Source of the DNA: Hemiscyllium ocellatum
Lineage: Eukaryota
Direction of reading: 5' to 3'
Assembly: GCF_020745735.1 (NCBI RefSeq)
Contig: NW_026867443.1
Coordinates: forward strand, 62,001 to 126,000
Length of the DNA: 64,000 nt
Each line of letters starts with the position of its first letter. Positions within the stretch are counted from its first letter, which is position 1. The notes under the pieces are model-generated. The model was not told where the DNA came from. It saw only the letters and a program-made list of their open reading frames with translations, and searched no databases. Position numbers and translations under genes: made by a program. Below are positions 1 through 12,519 of the stretch, piece by piece.

Positions 1-2520
1 GGCTGGGGAGGGAGTCCAGGGATGGGAAGGGAAGGTGTTTGAAATTGGAGAACTCAGTGTTGAATCCTCTGGGCTGTAGGCTGCCCAGGCGGAAGATGAG
101 GTATTGTCCCTCCAATTTGCGATTTGGTTCATTGTGGCAATGGAGGAAGCCAAAGATGATCATGGTAGAAAGGGAGTGGGAAGGGGAATTAAAATGGGTG
201 GTGACTGGGAGGTCTGGTCGGCTCCTACAGGCCCAGCTGAGATGCACGGCCAACCGCTGCCGAAGTTTGGTTTCCTGATGTAGAGAAGACCACATCGCCG
301 TCACCTGATGCAGTAAACTAGGTTGGAGGAGAACCTCTGTCTCACCTGGAAGGACTGTTTGGGGTCCTGGATGGAGGTGCTGGGGTTGGTGTACCAGCAG
401 GCTTTGCATCATTTCCGTTTGCAGGGGAAGGTACCTGGGGGTTCAGGAGAGATGGTGGAGAGAGTGGTGCAAACCAAGAATTGTCAAAGAGAACAGTCCT
501 TGTGGAAGGCAGACAGGGGTAGGGTGAGGAAGACATTCTTGGTGGTGGGGTTTGGGGTTGGCAGAATAGGATGATGTGTTGGATACAGAGATTGGTTTGG
601 GTGATAGGTGAGGACAATGGGCACTCTGTCTTTATTCTGTTTGGAGGGGGTGGGTTTAGAGCAGTGGAACAGGAAATGGAGGTGGTGCGATGGATGACAG
701 AGGGAGCAAAAGCATGTTGTTCGAAATAGGTGGACATCTGGAATACTTGGGAGTGGAATGTCTCCTCATCTGAGCAGGTAGAGCAGAGGCGGAGGAATTG
801 GAAGAATGGGATGGAGGTCTTGCAGGATACTGGGTGGGAGAATGTATATTCCGGGTAATAATGAGTTTGCAGTAAATGTCTATCTGAACACGGTCACTGG
901 AGATGGGAATGGAGAGGTCAATAAAGGGGAGGGAGGTGTCCGAGGTGGACCAAGTGAATTTGAGGGTAGGGTGGAAGTTGTGGGCGAAGACGATGAACTG
1001 CTCCAGTTCAGCCTGGGTGCAGGTCACTGCACCAACGCAGTCATCGATGTAATGGTAGCAGAGCTGGGGCACAGTGCCTGTGTAGGCACTGAAGAGGGAC
1101 TGTTCAGCATAGCCAATAAAGGGGCAGGGGGAGCTGGGGCCCATCCAGGTACTCATAGCCACCCCCTGGATTTAGAGGAACTGGGAGGAGTTAAAGGAAA
1201 AGTTGTTGAGGGTGAGGACCAGTTGGGCCAGATGGAGGAGGGTATTGGTGGAGGGGGAGTGGATGGATCTGTTGGAGAGAAAAAAAGAGAGGGCCAGGAG
1301 GCTGATCTTGTTGGGTATGGACGTATATAAGGACTGTGAAGGTAAAGTGCTGGGGGCCTGGGAACTGAAGGTTACTGAAGAGATGGAGGGCATGGTTGGT
1401 GTCACGGATGTAGGTGGGAAGTGCCTGAACCAAGGAGGAGAGGATGGAGTTGAGGTAGGATGAGAGGAGTTCGGTGGGGCAGGAGCATGTTGAGATGATG
1501 GGTCGGCCAGTGTAGTTGGGTTTGTGGATCTTGGGGAGCAGGTAGAACTGGGCAGTGCAGGGCTGGGGGACTGTGAGATTGGAGACAGTGTGGGGGAGAT
1601 CACTGGAGGCAATGGGGGCACAGACAGTGTGAGTGATCTTGGCCTGATGGGTCACAGTGGGGTCATGGGCAAGGGGGAGGTAGAACGTGGGGTCAGAGAG
1701 TTGGGGTTCGGCCTCTGTGACATAGAGGTCCGTTCCCCAGACTACCACCTTTGTCAGTGGGTTTGATAGTGAACCGGGGGTTGGTACGGAGAGAGTGGAG
1801 GGCTGCATGTTTGGAGGAGGGGTGTTTGGAGAGGGTGAGGGGAGGTGGAGAAATTGAGGCGGCTGATGTCACATCAGTGGTCAGCAATGAAGAGCTCTAG
1901 GGTGTGTACACAGCTGGTGGTGGGGGGGTTGGGGGGTGACCAAGTGGAGGAGGAAGGTTGAAGGTGGGAGGAGGGGTCCTCAGAGGGAGTTTGGGAGTTT
2001 TTGTTAAAGAAGAAGACACGGAGGTAGAGGCGGCGGAAGAAGAGCTCCACGTCCTGGTGGGTGCGGGATTTTTTGAAGTTGGGAACAAATGTGAGCCCTT
2101 TTCTCAGGATGGACCTTTTGGACTCAGAGAGTTCGAGGTCGTGGGGGGCAGTAAATAAGGGGCAAGGCTCGGGGTGGGGGACGAGGTTTTCAGGGGGGTC
2201 CGAGATGGCTGAAGGAGGGGAGGGGGAAAGGCTGATGGGAATGGGAGAGAATGGGTGTGGGAGAGAAAGGAGATTGGGACGGAGGTGGGTTGTGGAGTGA
2301 GGTGAGGGAGTGGGAAGGTGGGGATGAGGTGAAGATGGAGAAGTGGAGGGATAGGGTGCACTGTGGGGGTGGATGGGTGAGGAGGGAGAGCGAGTGTGCT
2401 GGCTGGCTGCAGGTAGGCAGTTGGACTCAGGGGGACTGTGGGAAATGTAGTCTCAGTCCTGGTTGCAGAGTGGGAGGGGCCAGAAGTGGAGGCAGATGCT
2501 GGAGCGAAGTCAAGGCTGGA
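1..2520 (-). mobile_element. Degenerate Penelope-like retroelement (RT + GIY-YIG endonuclease), running off the left edge
   Basis: Broken minus-strand frames give PLE motifs: LRKGLTFVP...DVELFFRRL (~2150-2030), LRTNPRFTIKPTDKGG, FYLLPKIHKPNYTGRPIIS...YIRDTNHAL, YIDD...LKFTW...LPFIDL, and a GIY-YIG C-terminus (DLPVTTHFNSPSHS...LIFRLGSLQPRGFNTEF, ~230-45). Confidence 0.88.
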
Positions 2521-2539
2521 TTGGGTGTTTTGACCCAGG

Positions 2540-2832
2540 TTCAATTCCAGCCTCAGGCAACTGTCTGTGTGGAGTTTGCACATTCTCCAAGTGTCTGCGT
2601 AGGTTTCCTCTGGGTGCTCTGGTTTCCTCCCACAGTCTAAAGACGTGCAGGTTAGGTGAATTGGCCATGCTAAGTTGCCCACAGTGGTCAGGGATGTGTA
2701 GGTTAGGCTCATTAGTCAGGGGAAAAGCAGAGTAATAAGATAGGGGATTGGGTCTTGGGTAGGTTACTCTTCCAAGGGTCAGTGTGGACATGTTGGGCCA
2801 AGTGGCCTGTTTCCTCACTGTAGGGATTTTAT
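2540..2832 (+). mobile_element. HE1-like tRNA-derived SINE, 5'-truncated; mirrors 43195-43530
   Basis: GGTTCAATTCCAGCC...GTGTGGAGTTTGCACATTCTCC...GGTTTCCTCCCACAGTC...CCTGTTTCC.CACTGTAG, the same family as the full copy at 43652. Confidence 0.85.
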
Positions 2833-3959
2833 GACAGTCCATTCCGGATTCCCACCACCTGTTGAGTGAAAAAGTTCTTCACCAAATCTTATTTGCAGTG
2901 TCCATAATGAAATCTTTCAAACCATTCATTTTGTTTAATGTCATTTAGCTCTTGAGCTCCTTGTTCAATAAATGTTTTATTCTTTTTGATGAAATATGAG
3001 TTCCCTGACAGGGACAGTTAACTTTGTCCAATCAGGGAGCCCTGGCTGACAGATAAAAAGGGGAATGTCAGAAGGACTGATACTCTGGGACCTGACTCTG
3101 AATAACAACCTGCCAACCAACCCCCTCCTTCTGTCACCCTCAATCTCCCCATGCTTACTCTTGTTTCACCTTCGATCCAGCCTGTGCTGCCTTTGGGAGA
3201 GGTTGGCCTTCCCTCCATCACCCAGGAATGTGGTCATCATCCCAGAGCAGTCACACTTTTAACCTGAGGGTCATCACAGCTGGGGCAGGGGGAGAGAAAG
3301 TGGCACCTTCATGGTGGTCATACCTGTCATTAATCCACCGCAACCTCTCTTGGGGCTGCAAGAATTCAACCTCCCTCCCTCAGACAGCTCCCCTCCCTGG
3401 AAGGTAATATTGCTGCACCTTGTTTTGGGTTAATTAACCACTGAAATATGACTATGGGGAGCCAGCATTGGCTGGGCAGGCAGCCACGATTGACCCTGGA
3501 TTCAGAAAGTCCCCTTGTAATTGGGCAACACATTAGGGAGCACAGTCTAGATTAGAGTAGTGCTGGAAAAGCACAGCAGGTCAGGCAGCATCTGAGGAGC
3601 AGGAAAATCGACATTTCTGCATTAGGGAGCACAGTGCCCACTGCCTCTGAAATCCCTCCCTTACTGAGAATACACTCTCAGTATTCACCTTTCTCAGCTG
3701 CCATCTGAATTTACTATAAATTCTGTGTCCAATGATCCTGCCCCTCCAGCTACCTGATGAAGAAACAGTGCTCTGAACGCTTCTACTTTCAAATAAACCT
3801 GTTTGACTATCACCTGGAGTTGTGTGTTTTTTAACTTCGGCCATCTGAATGAGCTGCCATCTCAGACTGAATCAGCAGAACTGTTTTCCATTCATGATTT
3901 GAGAAGATTAAAGCCTAATCTTCAATCCCCAGCACAAAGCCCATTCTCAATCCATCGCT

Positions 3960-4200
3960 CGGAGACACATACCTCAGAGAGACACCTATAGACAGCACAG
4001 AGTAACACACTCACTCTGTGAGACAGGTAGCACTGAGGAACATGATCACACTCCATGCTGCAGACAGGTGTCTCCGAATGTGGGTGCGTTACTGAACGCT
4101 GCCTGTAGGTGTCTCTCTGAGTAACTAATCCACACTGAGAGAGACCCCTCCAAGCAGCATTAAGTTAAACACTCGCCCTCAGAGAGGCACACATTCCAGA
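3960..4200. repeat. Degenerate ~40-bp minisatellite with units in both orientations (GAGAGACACCTACAGGCAGCAC.GAGTAAC-like)
   Basis: Recurrent GAGACACC/GCAGCAC/GTAACA motifs; a larger counterpart lies at 41270-41830. Confidence 0.6.
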
Positions 4201-4207
4201 TAGAGCT

Positions 4208-4340
4208 TTATTCCTGATGAAGGGCTTTGCCCGAAACATCGATTTTCCTGCTCCTCAGATGCTGCCTGACCTGCTGTGCTTTTCCAGTACCACTCTAATC
4301 TAGAATCTGGTTTCCAGCATCTGCAGTCCTTGTTTTTACC
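4208..4340 (+). mobile_element. Penelope pLTR-derived short element with hammerhead-like core
   Basis: CTGATGA(4214-4220)-A-GGGC-TTT-GCCC-GAAA(4233-4236)-CATCGA, followed by the family tail CTGCTCCTCAGATGCTGCCTGACCTGCTG. Confidence 0.7.
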
Positions 4341-4918
4341 TCAGAGAGACACAGCTGACAATGTCAGTGATTGGCCGAAGATTGTTTCAGCAGCTACCCA
4401 ACATGCAGCAGAGATTGCACAGTGCGATCCCATCAGCTGGGCCTGGACCAACAGAGTGAAGAGGGAATGCATCAGATTGTACTTATTGAGTCCTAACAGC
4501 TTTCGGTTTCTGTTCTTTTTGGAATCTTGTAACCTGCATAAATTCCTGATCAAAGGGATCATTTGAAAATGATTAATGATTGATGATTGTAATTGATTGA
4601 CAGGCCAACCAGCCAATCTTGACAATGACCTGCTGAAATGCAGCCAATCAACTGGGGGGTGGGGAAGGTTATCTATTTCCAAAGCATACACCAGACAGAG
4701 ACTGAATCTTCATCTTTATTCCCTTTTCCACATTCACATTGACAGAAAAAAAACTGCAATTAACAGCCCAGACAGAGGAAGCTGCTCAAATTCACAGCCA
4801 CAATGGTGTTTAAGGAAAACATTTGTGGAGAATTGCTCAATAACATGAGAATCCTGTCCCTTTAAACAGTGACAAAACCTTAAATTGGAACTGACAGCTG
4901 AGCAGGAAGGAGATCTGG

Positions 4919-4924
4919 TTTATT
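4919..4924 (-). terminator. Probable polyadenylation signal of cluster A
   Basis: AATAAA on the minus strand ~320 nt after the C stop. The paralogous position in arm B (40680-40685) reads AGTAAA. Confidence 0.65.
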
Positions 4925-5245
4925 GAAGCAGAGAATTCTGAGGTTCACATTGTTTTGTACAGCTGACAGTCTTCAGCAACTTCAAGAGATTTTACTTGGC
5001 ATCACAAGTCAACCCTGTCCCCATCAAACACTCCCAGAACAGGGACAGCATGGGGTTTGACACAGCATAAAGCTCCCTCGACACTGTCGCAATGATCTGC
5101 TTTAACATCCAAACCTCAGAAGGTTCCCTGAGCAGTCCTGAGAAGGAAGAGAGTTGAAATTCAGTGCTGACAATGACCTTTGTCCTGCCAGCTCAGCCCT
5201 GTTCTATTTAAAGTTGTGTCTCCTCTGTGGACTGTCTCCAACACT

Positions 5246-5574
5246 CTAAACACATTCTGATCTCCTGATGCTCTTGCTGAGGGGAGAGGGGAGGGTCACG
5301 TGGGTGAGGGCACAGGAGAAGCGAGCGTTGGACTCCCAGTCAGACCCAGAGAGGGTCAGCAGGCTGCTGACACTGTAGGTGCTGTCCGAAGCTCGCAGGT
5401 AGTTGCTGGTCTGAACCCCGTCCGAAATGACTGCACCGTCTTTCTTCCACTGCACCTCCAGCTCATCGGGATAGAAGTGATTGGCAAGGCACACCAGGGT
5501 GGCAGTGTCCTTGGCATTAATCTGCTCAGGGGAGGGGGGCAGCAGGGTCAGCTTGGGCTGAGAGTTGTCACGGA
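5246..5574 (-). CDS. IGKC: Ig light-chain constant exon, kappa-type (shark type III/NS4-like), intact
   Basis: Acceptor ttgtctttcAG, then (I)RDNSQPKLTLLPPSPEQINAKDTATLVCLANHFYPDELEVQWKKDG...YSVSSLLTL...FSCALTH...RRSECV*. C1-set Cys/Trp/Cys and the penultimate Cys are present; phase 1 matches the J donor. Confidence 0.97.
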
Positions 5575-6699
5575 CTGAAAGACAAAAGAAACAATTTTAA
5601 TCCCTGACATTTGAAGGGAATTCAACCCTCACAATATTCACTGACAATACGATCTTCTTGAACATTCTTAGTCAATACAGAATAAACCCAACAAATGAAC
5701 AGACACTGTTCAAATTGCTTCTTGCGATCTGAGTGTCACTGGCAGGGCCAGCATTCATTACCGTCCCTAGATGTCCCTGAGAAGGTGATGGTGAAGCAGC
5801 AGAGAGAGAAGGGACAATTTTGGACCATCAGTTATGGAATGAATGTGGGAAGCTGGAAGGGCTATCGATGGGGAAGCATTTTAGTGACACTGATTACAAC
5901 TCAGTGAGATTGAGAGGAGGGATGGAAATGGAGAACCATGGAGCAAGTGTAAAAGTTTTCATTTTACTAAACTGTGCGGTGCTTTGGTAAAAGTGGATCG
6001 GAACCAATGGCATGATGGGAAATCAGTGTCAGGGCAGTGGGAGCCCTCGAAGGATGAGACAGACTGTTCAGAATCTGTTCCCACAATGAGTAAGGGTGGG
6101 ACTCCCACATCTAGACCAAAGAAACAAGAGGATTGGGGTTCACGTACTGACATGGATTGGGAACTGGTTGGCAGGCAGCACAGAAAGAATGAGTCTTTTT
6201 CTGAATGGCAGGTAATAACAACTTAGGGTGCCACAGGGTCAGCCCTTGGTACCCAGTTATTCATAATAAATAACAATAGAGTCATAAGGGCCCAAAAGAC
6301 CCATCAGCCCATTGTGTCCATACTGGTCAAAAAACAACAACCCAATAATTGTCATCCATTTTTCCAGCAAAAGGGAATTAGATGCAATGTGTATTTAAGA
6401 AGGAATTAGATATAGTTCTTAGGATTAAAGGGATCAAAGAATGTGGGGAGAAAGTAGGAACAGGGGACTGTGTTGGATGAACAGCCATGATCATATTGAA
6501 GGGTGGAGCAGGCCTTGAAGGGCCGAATGGCCTACTGCTGCTCCTGTGTTTGATGTTTCTATCTGTTTCTCAGATAATGAAGGAATGTCTCTCATCATTT
6601 TGAAGCTGGAAGTCAGATGTGTGTGGAGGTGGAAGATGTGGCCATGGTGATTAATGCAGGTCAGTGAGGTGGTTCAGAAGACACATGGGATAAACTGTT

Positions 6700-7041
6700 T
6701 TTCTTTTTCCCTTGATGGAATGAGGGCATTGCTGGATCGGCAGCATTTATTGCCCATCCCTAATCACCCAAAGGGCAGTTTAGAGTCACCCACATTGCTG
6801 TGGGTCTGGGGTCACATGGTAAGGATGGCAGTTTTCTTCCCTAAAGGACATAAGGGAATCAGATGCTTTTTCCTGACAATCAACGATGGTTTCATGGTCA
6901 TCATTAGTCTCTTAATTGCAGATTTTGTTTTGATTGAATTTGAATGCCACCATCTGCTGGATTCTAACCCTGGTCCCCAGAACATTACCTGGATCTCTGG
7001 ATTAACAGCTCAGCAATAACACCATTAGACCATCACCTCCC
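6700..7041 (-). mobile_element. tRNA-headed SINE with Deu-type core (SacSINE1-like); mirrors 38376-38720
   Basis: Minus strand GGGAGGTGATGGTCTA..GG...GACCAGGGTTAGAATCC head, then CTGCCATCCTTACC...CAGCAATGTGG.TGACTCT core. Confidence 0.7.
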
Positions 7042-8129
7042 TTATCTCATTTTTGGTTGACTGTGAAAGCAAGGTGTTTGTTTATTCTGGAACTGTATAA
7101 AACCCCAGTTAGAGCACAGTGAGAGAACTGTGTACGGTTCTGGTCACCACATACAGGAAGGATGTGATTCCATTAGAGATGGGGACAGAGGAGGAGTTTG
7201 TCTGGAATGGGGACTTTGAGCTTTGCGGAATGATTGGATTGGCTGGGACTGTTTTCTTTGGAACACAGGAGGCTGAGGGGAGATTTGATGGTGGTGTGTA
7301 AAATGATGAGGGGCCTGGACAGAGTGGGTAGGAAGGACTGATTTCCACCAGCACAGAGGGCAATAACCATGGGGAGAGATTGAAATCAGTTGGGGCAGGA
7401 TTAGAGGGGGGTTGAGGGTCTTTGTTTTCACCCAGAGCTTGGTGGGATGTGGGACTCACTGTCTGAAAGGGTGGGAGAGGCAGAAACCCTCATCACATTG
7501 AAAAAACACTTAGATGTTCACTTGAAACAGCAAAACTTCCAGAGCTATGGAGCAAGAGCTGGAATGTGGGATGGAGCGTGGTATCTCTTTAACAAACCTC
7601 CGATTACCCACAGATCAGGAGAACTTTATCCAAGAACATTGGAGAAGACTCGGATCCACACACGTCAGGAAAGAATCACGTTGGGGTGTCTGTGTAGAAG
7701 ATTCTAGATTATATTTCAAACCTTGCTGCACACTATTGGGCTGAGGTCAAGGGTGAGGCTGCAAAGAGTCTCAGTGTCCTAGGGTCAGACAGGGTCACTG
7801 CTCCTAATGACCCCATGACTCCTGGAAGGTGAGAGTGCGCAGACAATGGATGAGGATCCAGATCAGGAGACTCCAACCTTCAAGAAAGACTTGCACTTGT
7901 GTAGCACCTGTCCCCAATTCAGGATGTCCCACTGGATCTTTCCAGCAGACTGTGACCAGCGAGATCCCAAACACCATGTGATAATTAGCAGAGAAATACA
8001 TTCTGAGTGATTTTGACTGGGGGATAAATATTGACCAGGGACACCAGGGGGAACTGCCTGCTCTTCATCCAACAGTGCCGTGGAATGGCATCTTTCACAA
8101 CTGAAAGACTCTCAGTTATTCCAAAAAAT

Positions 8130-8800
8130 GAAGAATAGTTCCTTGAAGATGAAGTTGCAGGTACATAGGGAAGTGACAAAGTTATTTGGTTTGCTTTCCT
8201 TTACTTGTCAGTGCATTGGATATTGGAGTTGGGAGCTGTTGCGGCTGTACAGGACATTGGTTAGGGCACTTTTGGAATACTGTGTGCAATTCAGTTCTCC
8301 TTGCTGTAGGAAAAATGTTGCGAATCTTAAAATGATTTACAAGGATGTTGCCAAGGTTGGAGGGTTTGCATGAAAAGGAGAGGCTGAATAGGCTGAGGCT
8401 GTTTTCCCTGGATCATTGCAGGTTGATGGGTGACCGTATAGAGGTTTATAAAATCATGAGCGGCATAGATAGAGTGAATAGAGAAGATTTTTTCTCCAGA
8501 GTTGGGGAGTCCAGAACTGGAGGGCATAGGCTGAAGGTGACAGGGGAAAGATTTAAAAGGGACCTAAGGGACGTTTTCAATCAGAGGGTGTTAAATGTAT
8601 GGAATGAGCTGCCAGAGGAGGTGGTGAAGGCTGGTACAATTACAACATTTAAAAGGCATGGGTATGTAAATAGAAAGATGTTAGAGGGATATGGGCCAAA
8701 TGCTGGCAAGTGGGACTAGATTAATTTCGGATATCTGGTCAGCATGGACGAGTTGGACCAAAGGGTCTGATTCTGTGCTGTCCATCTCTCTGACTCTAAT
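8130..8800 (+). mobile_element. CR1-clade LINE 3' fragment; mirrors 36605-37260
   Basis: LYRTLVRALLEYCVQF and RLRLFSLDHCRLMGDRIEVYKIM...FNQRVLNVWNELPEEVV motifs. Confidence 0.9.
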
Positions 8801-9159
8801 TGTATTTCAATCCAGCCCTTAACACATCAGGCTCTCCCAAAGACAGTTACAGACAGTTTTGTTTGACAAGCAGTCACTGTTGCAATGTCAGTAACGTGGC
8901 AGCCAGTTTCTGCACAGCAAGATCCCACTAGAAGCAATGAGATCAAAGACCAATAATGATGTTGGCTCAACGATAAATATTGGCCTGAACTCAACCCAAA
9001 GAGAAAGGAATTTGGTTCAGTTGGATGGAAAATGAGAAAATGGAAGGTAAAGGAGAAGGTAGGATTGCTGGTTAGTGATGGGATTGATTGTTACCAAAAA
9101 ATAAAAGAAAGGGATGGAATTTTTGAATATCAAAGGGATCATAAAAGTGCAGGGAAAAT

Positions 9160-11935
9160 CAACAATAGAACAAACTTAAAGAGTTTGTATCTAAATGCAC
9201 AAAGCATTCTGAGTAGGGTTGACAAAGTGATGTCACAATTCCAGGTAAATTGAGTTTCCAAGGAATTTAAACTAGTTAAAGTTGAGGAGGGCTCAGGAAA
9301 GGTTATTCATTTTCTAGAAGATGTAAAAGGACAGAGAGTACAGAAAGGATCAGGAATCGAACATAAAGCACAGCAGATAAGGGGACAATGATGGGAAGGA
9401 GGGCAATCAATGCAGGACTGAGGGTGTTGTACTTAAATGCACACAATATACACAATGGGCTTGTAGTGCAGATTGAAACTGGCAGGTACGATGTTGTGGG
9501 TATCACAGGGACATGGCTGAAAGGGAATTCGGGCTGGGAACTAAATATCCAAGGTTACATGTCCTATCAAAAGGACGGGCAGATGGGCAGAGGGGGAAGA
9601 GTTGCCTTGTTAGTGAGAAATGAAATTAAATCAATAGCAAGAAGTGATGTAGAGTTAGAAGGTGTAGAATCTGTGTGGGTAGAGCTGAGGAACTGCAATA
9701 AATAAAGAATCTGATGCAAGTTATGTCCAGGTCTCCAAGCAGTAATCAGGGTGTGGGGAAGGAAATCAATTAGGAGACAGAAAATGTCAGGGCAGACTTC
9801 AATGGATAGGTGGGCTGGGTAGTGTATCTCAAGGAAAGGATTTCATGGAATGTCGATGATTTTGGAGCAGCTTGTGGTTGAGCCATTATGGAACTGGCGG
9901 GTCTGGATTCAGTGATGTGTATTGAGGCTAACTTGATTAGTGAGTTTAAGGTGAAAGTATCCCTGTGGATAAGTGACCATAATACAATAGAATTCCCCCT
10001 GTAGTTTGAGAGGGAGAAGTTGCAATCAGATTGAACAGTATTTCAGTTGAGTAAAGGTAACTCAATGTGGTGGAGAATAGTGGGAAGCCCGAGGATTAGG
10101 AAGCCTTTAAAAACCTGCAGAGGATAACTGAAAAAGCATTAAGGGTGGAGAATGTGAAATGTGGGAGTTATCTAGCCAGTAATATAAAAGAAGATTGCAG
10201 GAGTTTTATCAGGTGTATAAAAAGGAAGAGGGAGTCAAAAATAGACTATGGATCACTGGAAAATGAGGCTGGAGAAAGAATAACAGGAAATGAAGGAATA
10301 GCAGAGGAATTGAATAGATATTTTGCCTCAGTCTGCACCATGGAAAACACCAGCAGTGTCCCAGTAATTCAAGACTGTCAGGGGTCGGAGGGGAGTGTAG
10401 TGGCCATCACTAAGGAGGAGGTACTGGGGAAGCTGAAAGGTCTGAATATGGATAACGCACCCAGACTGGATGAACTACACCCATGTGTTCTGAAGGAGAT
10501 CGCTGAGGAGATTGTGGAGGCATTGGTGATGATCTTTCAGTAATCAATGGAGTCAGGGTATGGAGGTGAGATGGGGACGGATTTGGTGGGGGCAAGGGAC
10601 AGGAAAATGGCTCACATACCACCCCTGTTTCAGAAGGGAGGGAGGTAGAAGGTGGGACATTGTAGGCCAGTTAGCCAGGACTCAGTTGTTGGTAAGGTTT
10701 TAGACTTCAATTTAAGGATGAAATTGCAGAGGATTGGAAGTGCAATGGCTTCATCAAGGAGACGTCATGCCTGGCAAATCTGTTAGAATTCTTTGAGGAG
10801 GCAATGAGCCAGTCAGACAAAGGAGAGTCCGAGGAAGTAATCTCTTTGGATTTCCACAAGGCATTTGACATAAGATAAGCGCCCACAGTATTAGTGGCAA
10901 TGTAGTGGCATGGATTGAAGACTGGCAGGTTGGCATAAAGCAGAGCATGAGGAACAATGGCCGCTGGTGACTAGTAGAGTTCTGCAGTTGTCAATGTTAT
11001 GGCCATAACTATTCACGTTATACATTAACAATCTGGATGAAGGAAGTGAAGACATTGTTGCTAAGTTTGCACGTGACATGAGATAGGTGGAGGGACAGGT
11101 AGTGTTGAGGAAGTGGGAAGGCTGTAAAAGCTCCTGGATAGGCTCGGAGAGTGGGCAAAGAAGTGGCAGATAGAATACAATGTGTGACAGTGTGAGGGTA
11201 TGCACTTTGGGAGGAAGAAGAGATGCAAAGACTGTTTGCTAAATAAGGAAAGCTTTTGGAAATCTAAAGCACAAACCTCATTCAGGTTTCCCTTCAGTTT
11301 AACAGGCAGGTCCAGTTTGTGCTTGGGAAGGCAAATGAAATGTTCGCATTCATTTCAATAGGGCCAGAATACAAGAGCAGAGATGTACTGCTGAGGCTGT
11401 GTAAGGCTCTGGTCAGACCACATTTTGAATATTGTGAGCAGATTTGGGACCCATATTCTAAGAAACAATGTGCTGGCATTGGAGGGGTTTACAAGAATGA
11501 TCCTGGGGATGAAAGGCTTGTCATATGAGGCGTGGTTGAGGACACTGTGTCTGTACTCGATGGAGTTTAGAAGAATGAGGAGGGATCTGATTGAAATTTG
11601 CAGAATACTGATCGGCCTGGATAGAGTGGATGCAGGACAGACTCGGGAACCAAGGCACAGCCTCAGAATGAAGGGCCGACCCTTTTGAGCTGAGGTGAGG
11701 AGGAATTTCTTCAGCCAGAAGGTGGTGAATCTGTGGAACTCATTGTTACAGAGGGCAGGGGAGGCCAAGTCACTAAGTGTATTTAAGACAGAGATAGATA
11801 GGTTCGTGATTGTGAAGGGGATCGAACGTTCCTGTGGAGTAGGCAGGAGAATGGGGGTGAGAAGCATATCTGCCAAGATCAAATGGCAGAGCAGATTCAA
11901 TGGGCTGAATGGCTGATTTCTGCTCCTATTTCTTA
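9160..11935 (+). mobile_element. Degenerate CR1-clade LINE ORF2 (APE endonuclease + RT); mirrors 33310-36290
   Basis: LYLNA...YDVVGITGTWL...RGGRVAL endonuclease motifs, PRLDELHPCVLKEIAEEIVEAL, and RT/C-terminal LVRPHFEYC...FFSQKVVNLWNSL. Confidence 0.9.
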
Positions 11936-12446
11936 AAGACTTCTGGAGAGTTTCCCCAAAACCCTGGAACACTGAACCCACTGGACTGTGAGCCCTGCTG
12001 GAGCTGTTTGTCATCAGAACTTTGCCAAGAGACAAACAAAGAGTGGAGAGAGTGTGCATCCATGTGGGAATTTCAGAATGTTTCCCAGCTCCTGGAATAC
12101 CATGAGTACAGGAAGTGAAGTCTGTGACAGCAGTTAGAGCTCTGGGTTTTGGAGCTTGAGCAGCAGCTGGTGTCAGTGCGGAGCGTCTGTGAGGCTGAGA
12201 GCTCCGTGGAGAGCACGTTTCTAGATGTGGTCACTCTGCAGCCTCAGAGTATGCAGGGAGAGAGGGAATGGGGGAGCAGCAGACAGTCCAAAAGGATCAG
12301 GCAGCTAGTATAGGAGTCCCCAGGCATCCCACTCTCCAACCAGGATACAGTTCAGAATCCTGATGAGAATGATGGTTCATCTGGGGAGTGCAGCCAGAGC
12401 CAAGTCCATGGCATCACTGGTGACTCAGCTATAATGGGGGGTTGCC

Positions 12447-12519
12447 GGGGCGGTGGTGGGGGTGGGGGGGGGGGGGGTGGGGGGGGGGGGGGGTGAGGGG
12501 TGGTGGGGTGGTGGGGTGG
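12447..12519 (+). repeat. G-rich/poly-G tract (G-quadruplex-capable), arm A only
   Basis: GGGGCGGTGGTGGGGGT(G)n...GGGGTGGT; arm B has ordinary CR1 sequence at this position. Confidence 0.85.
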
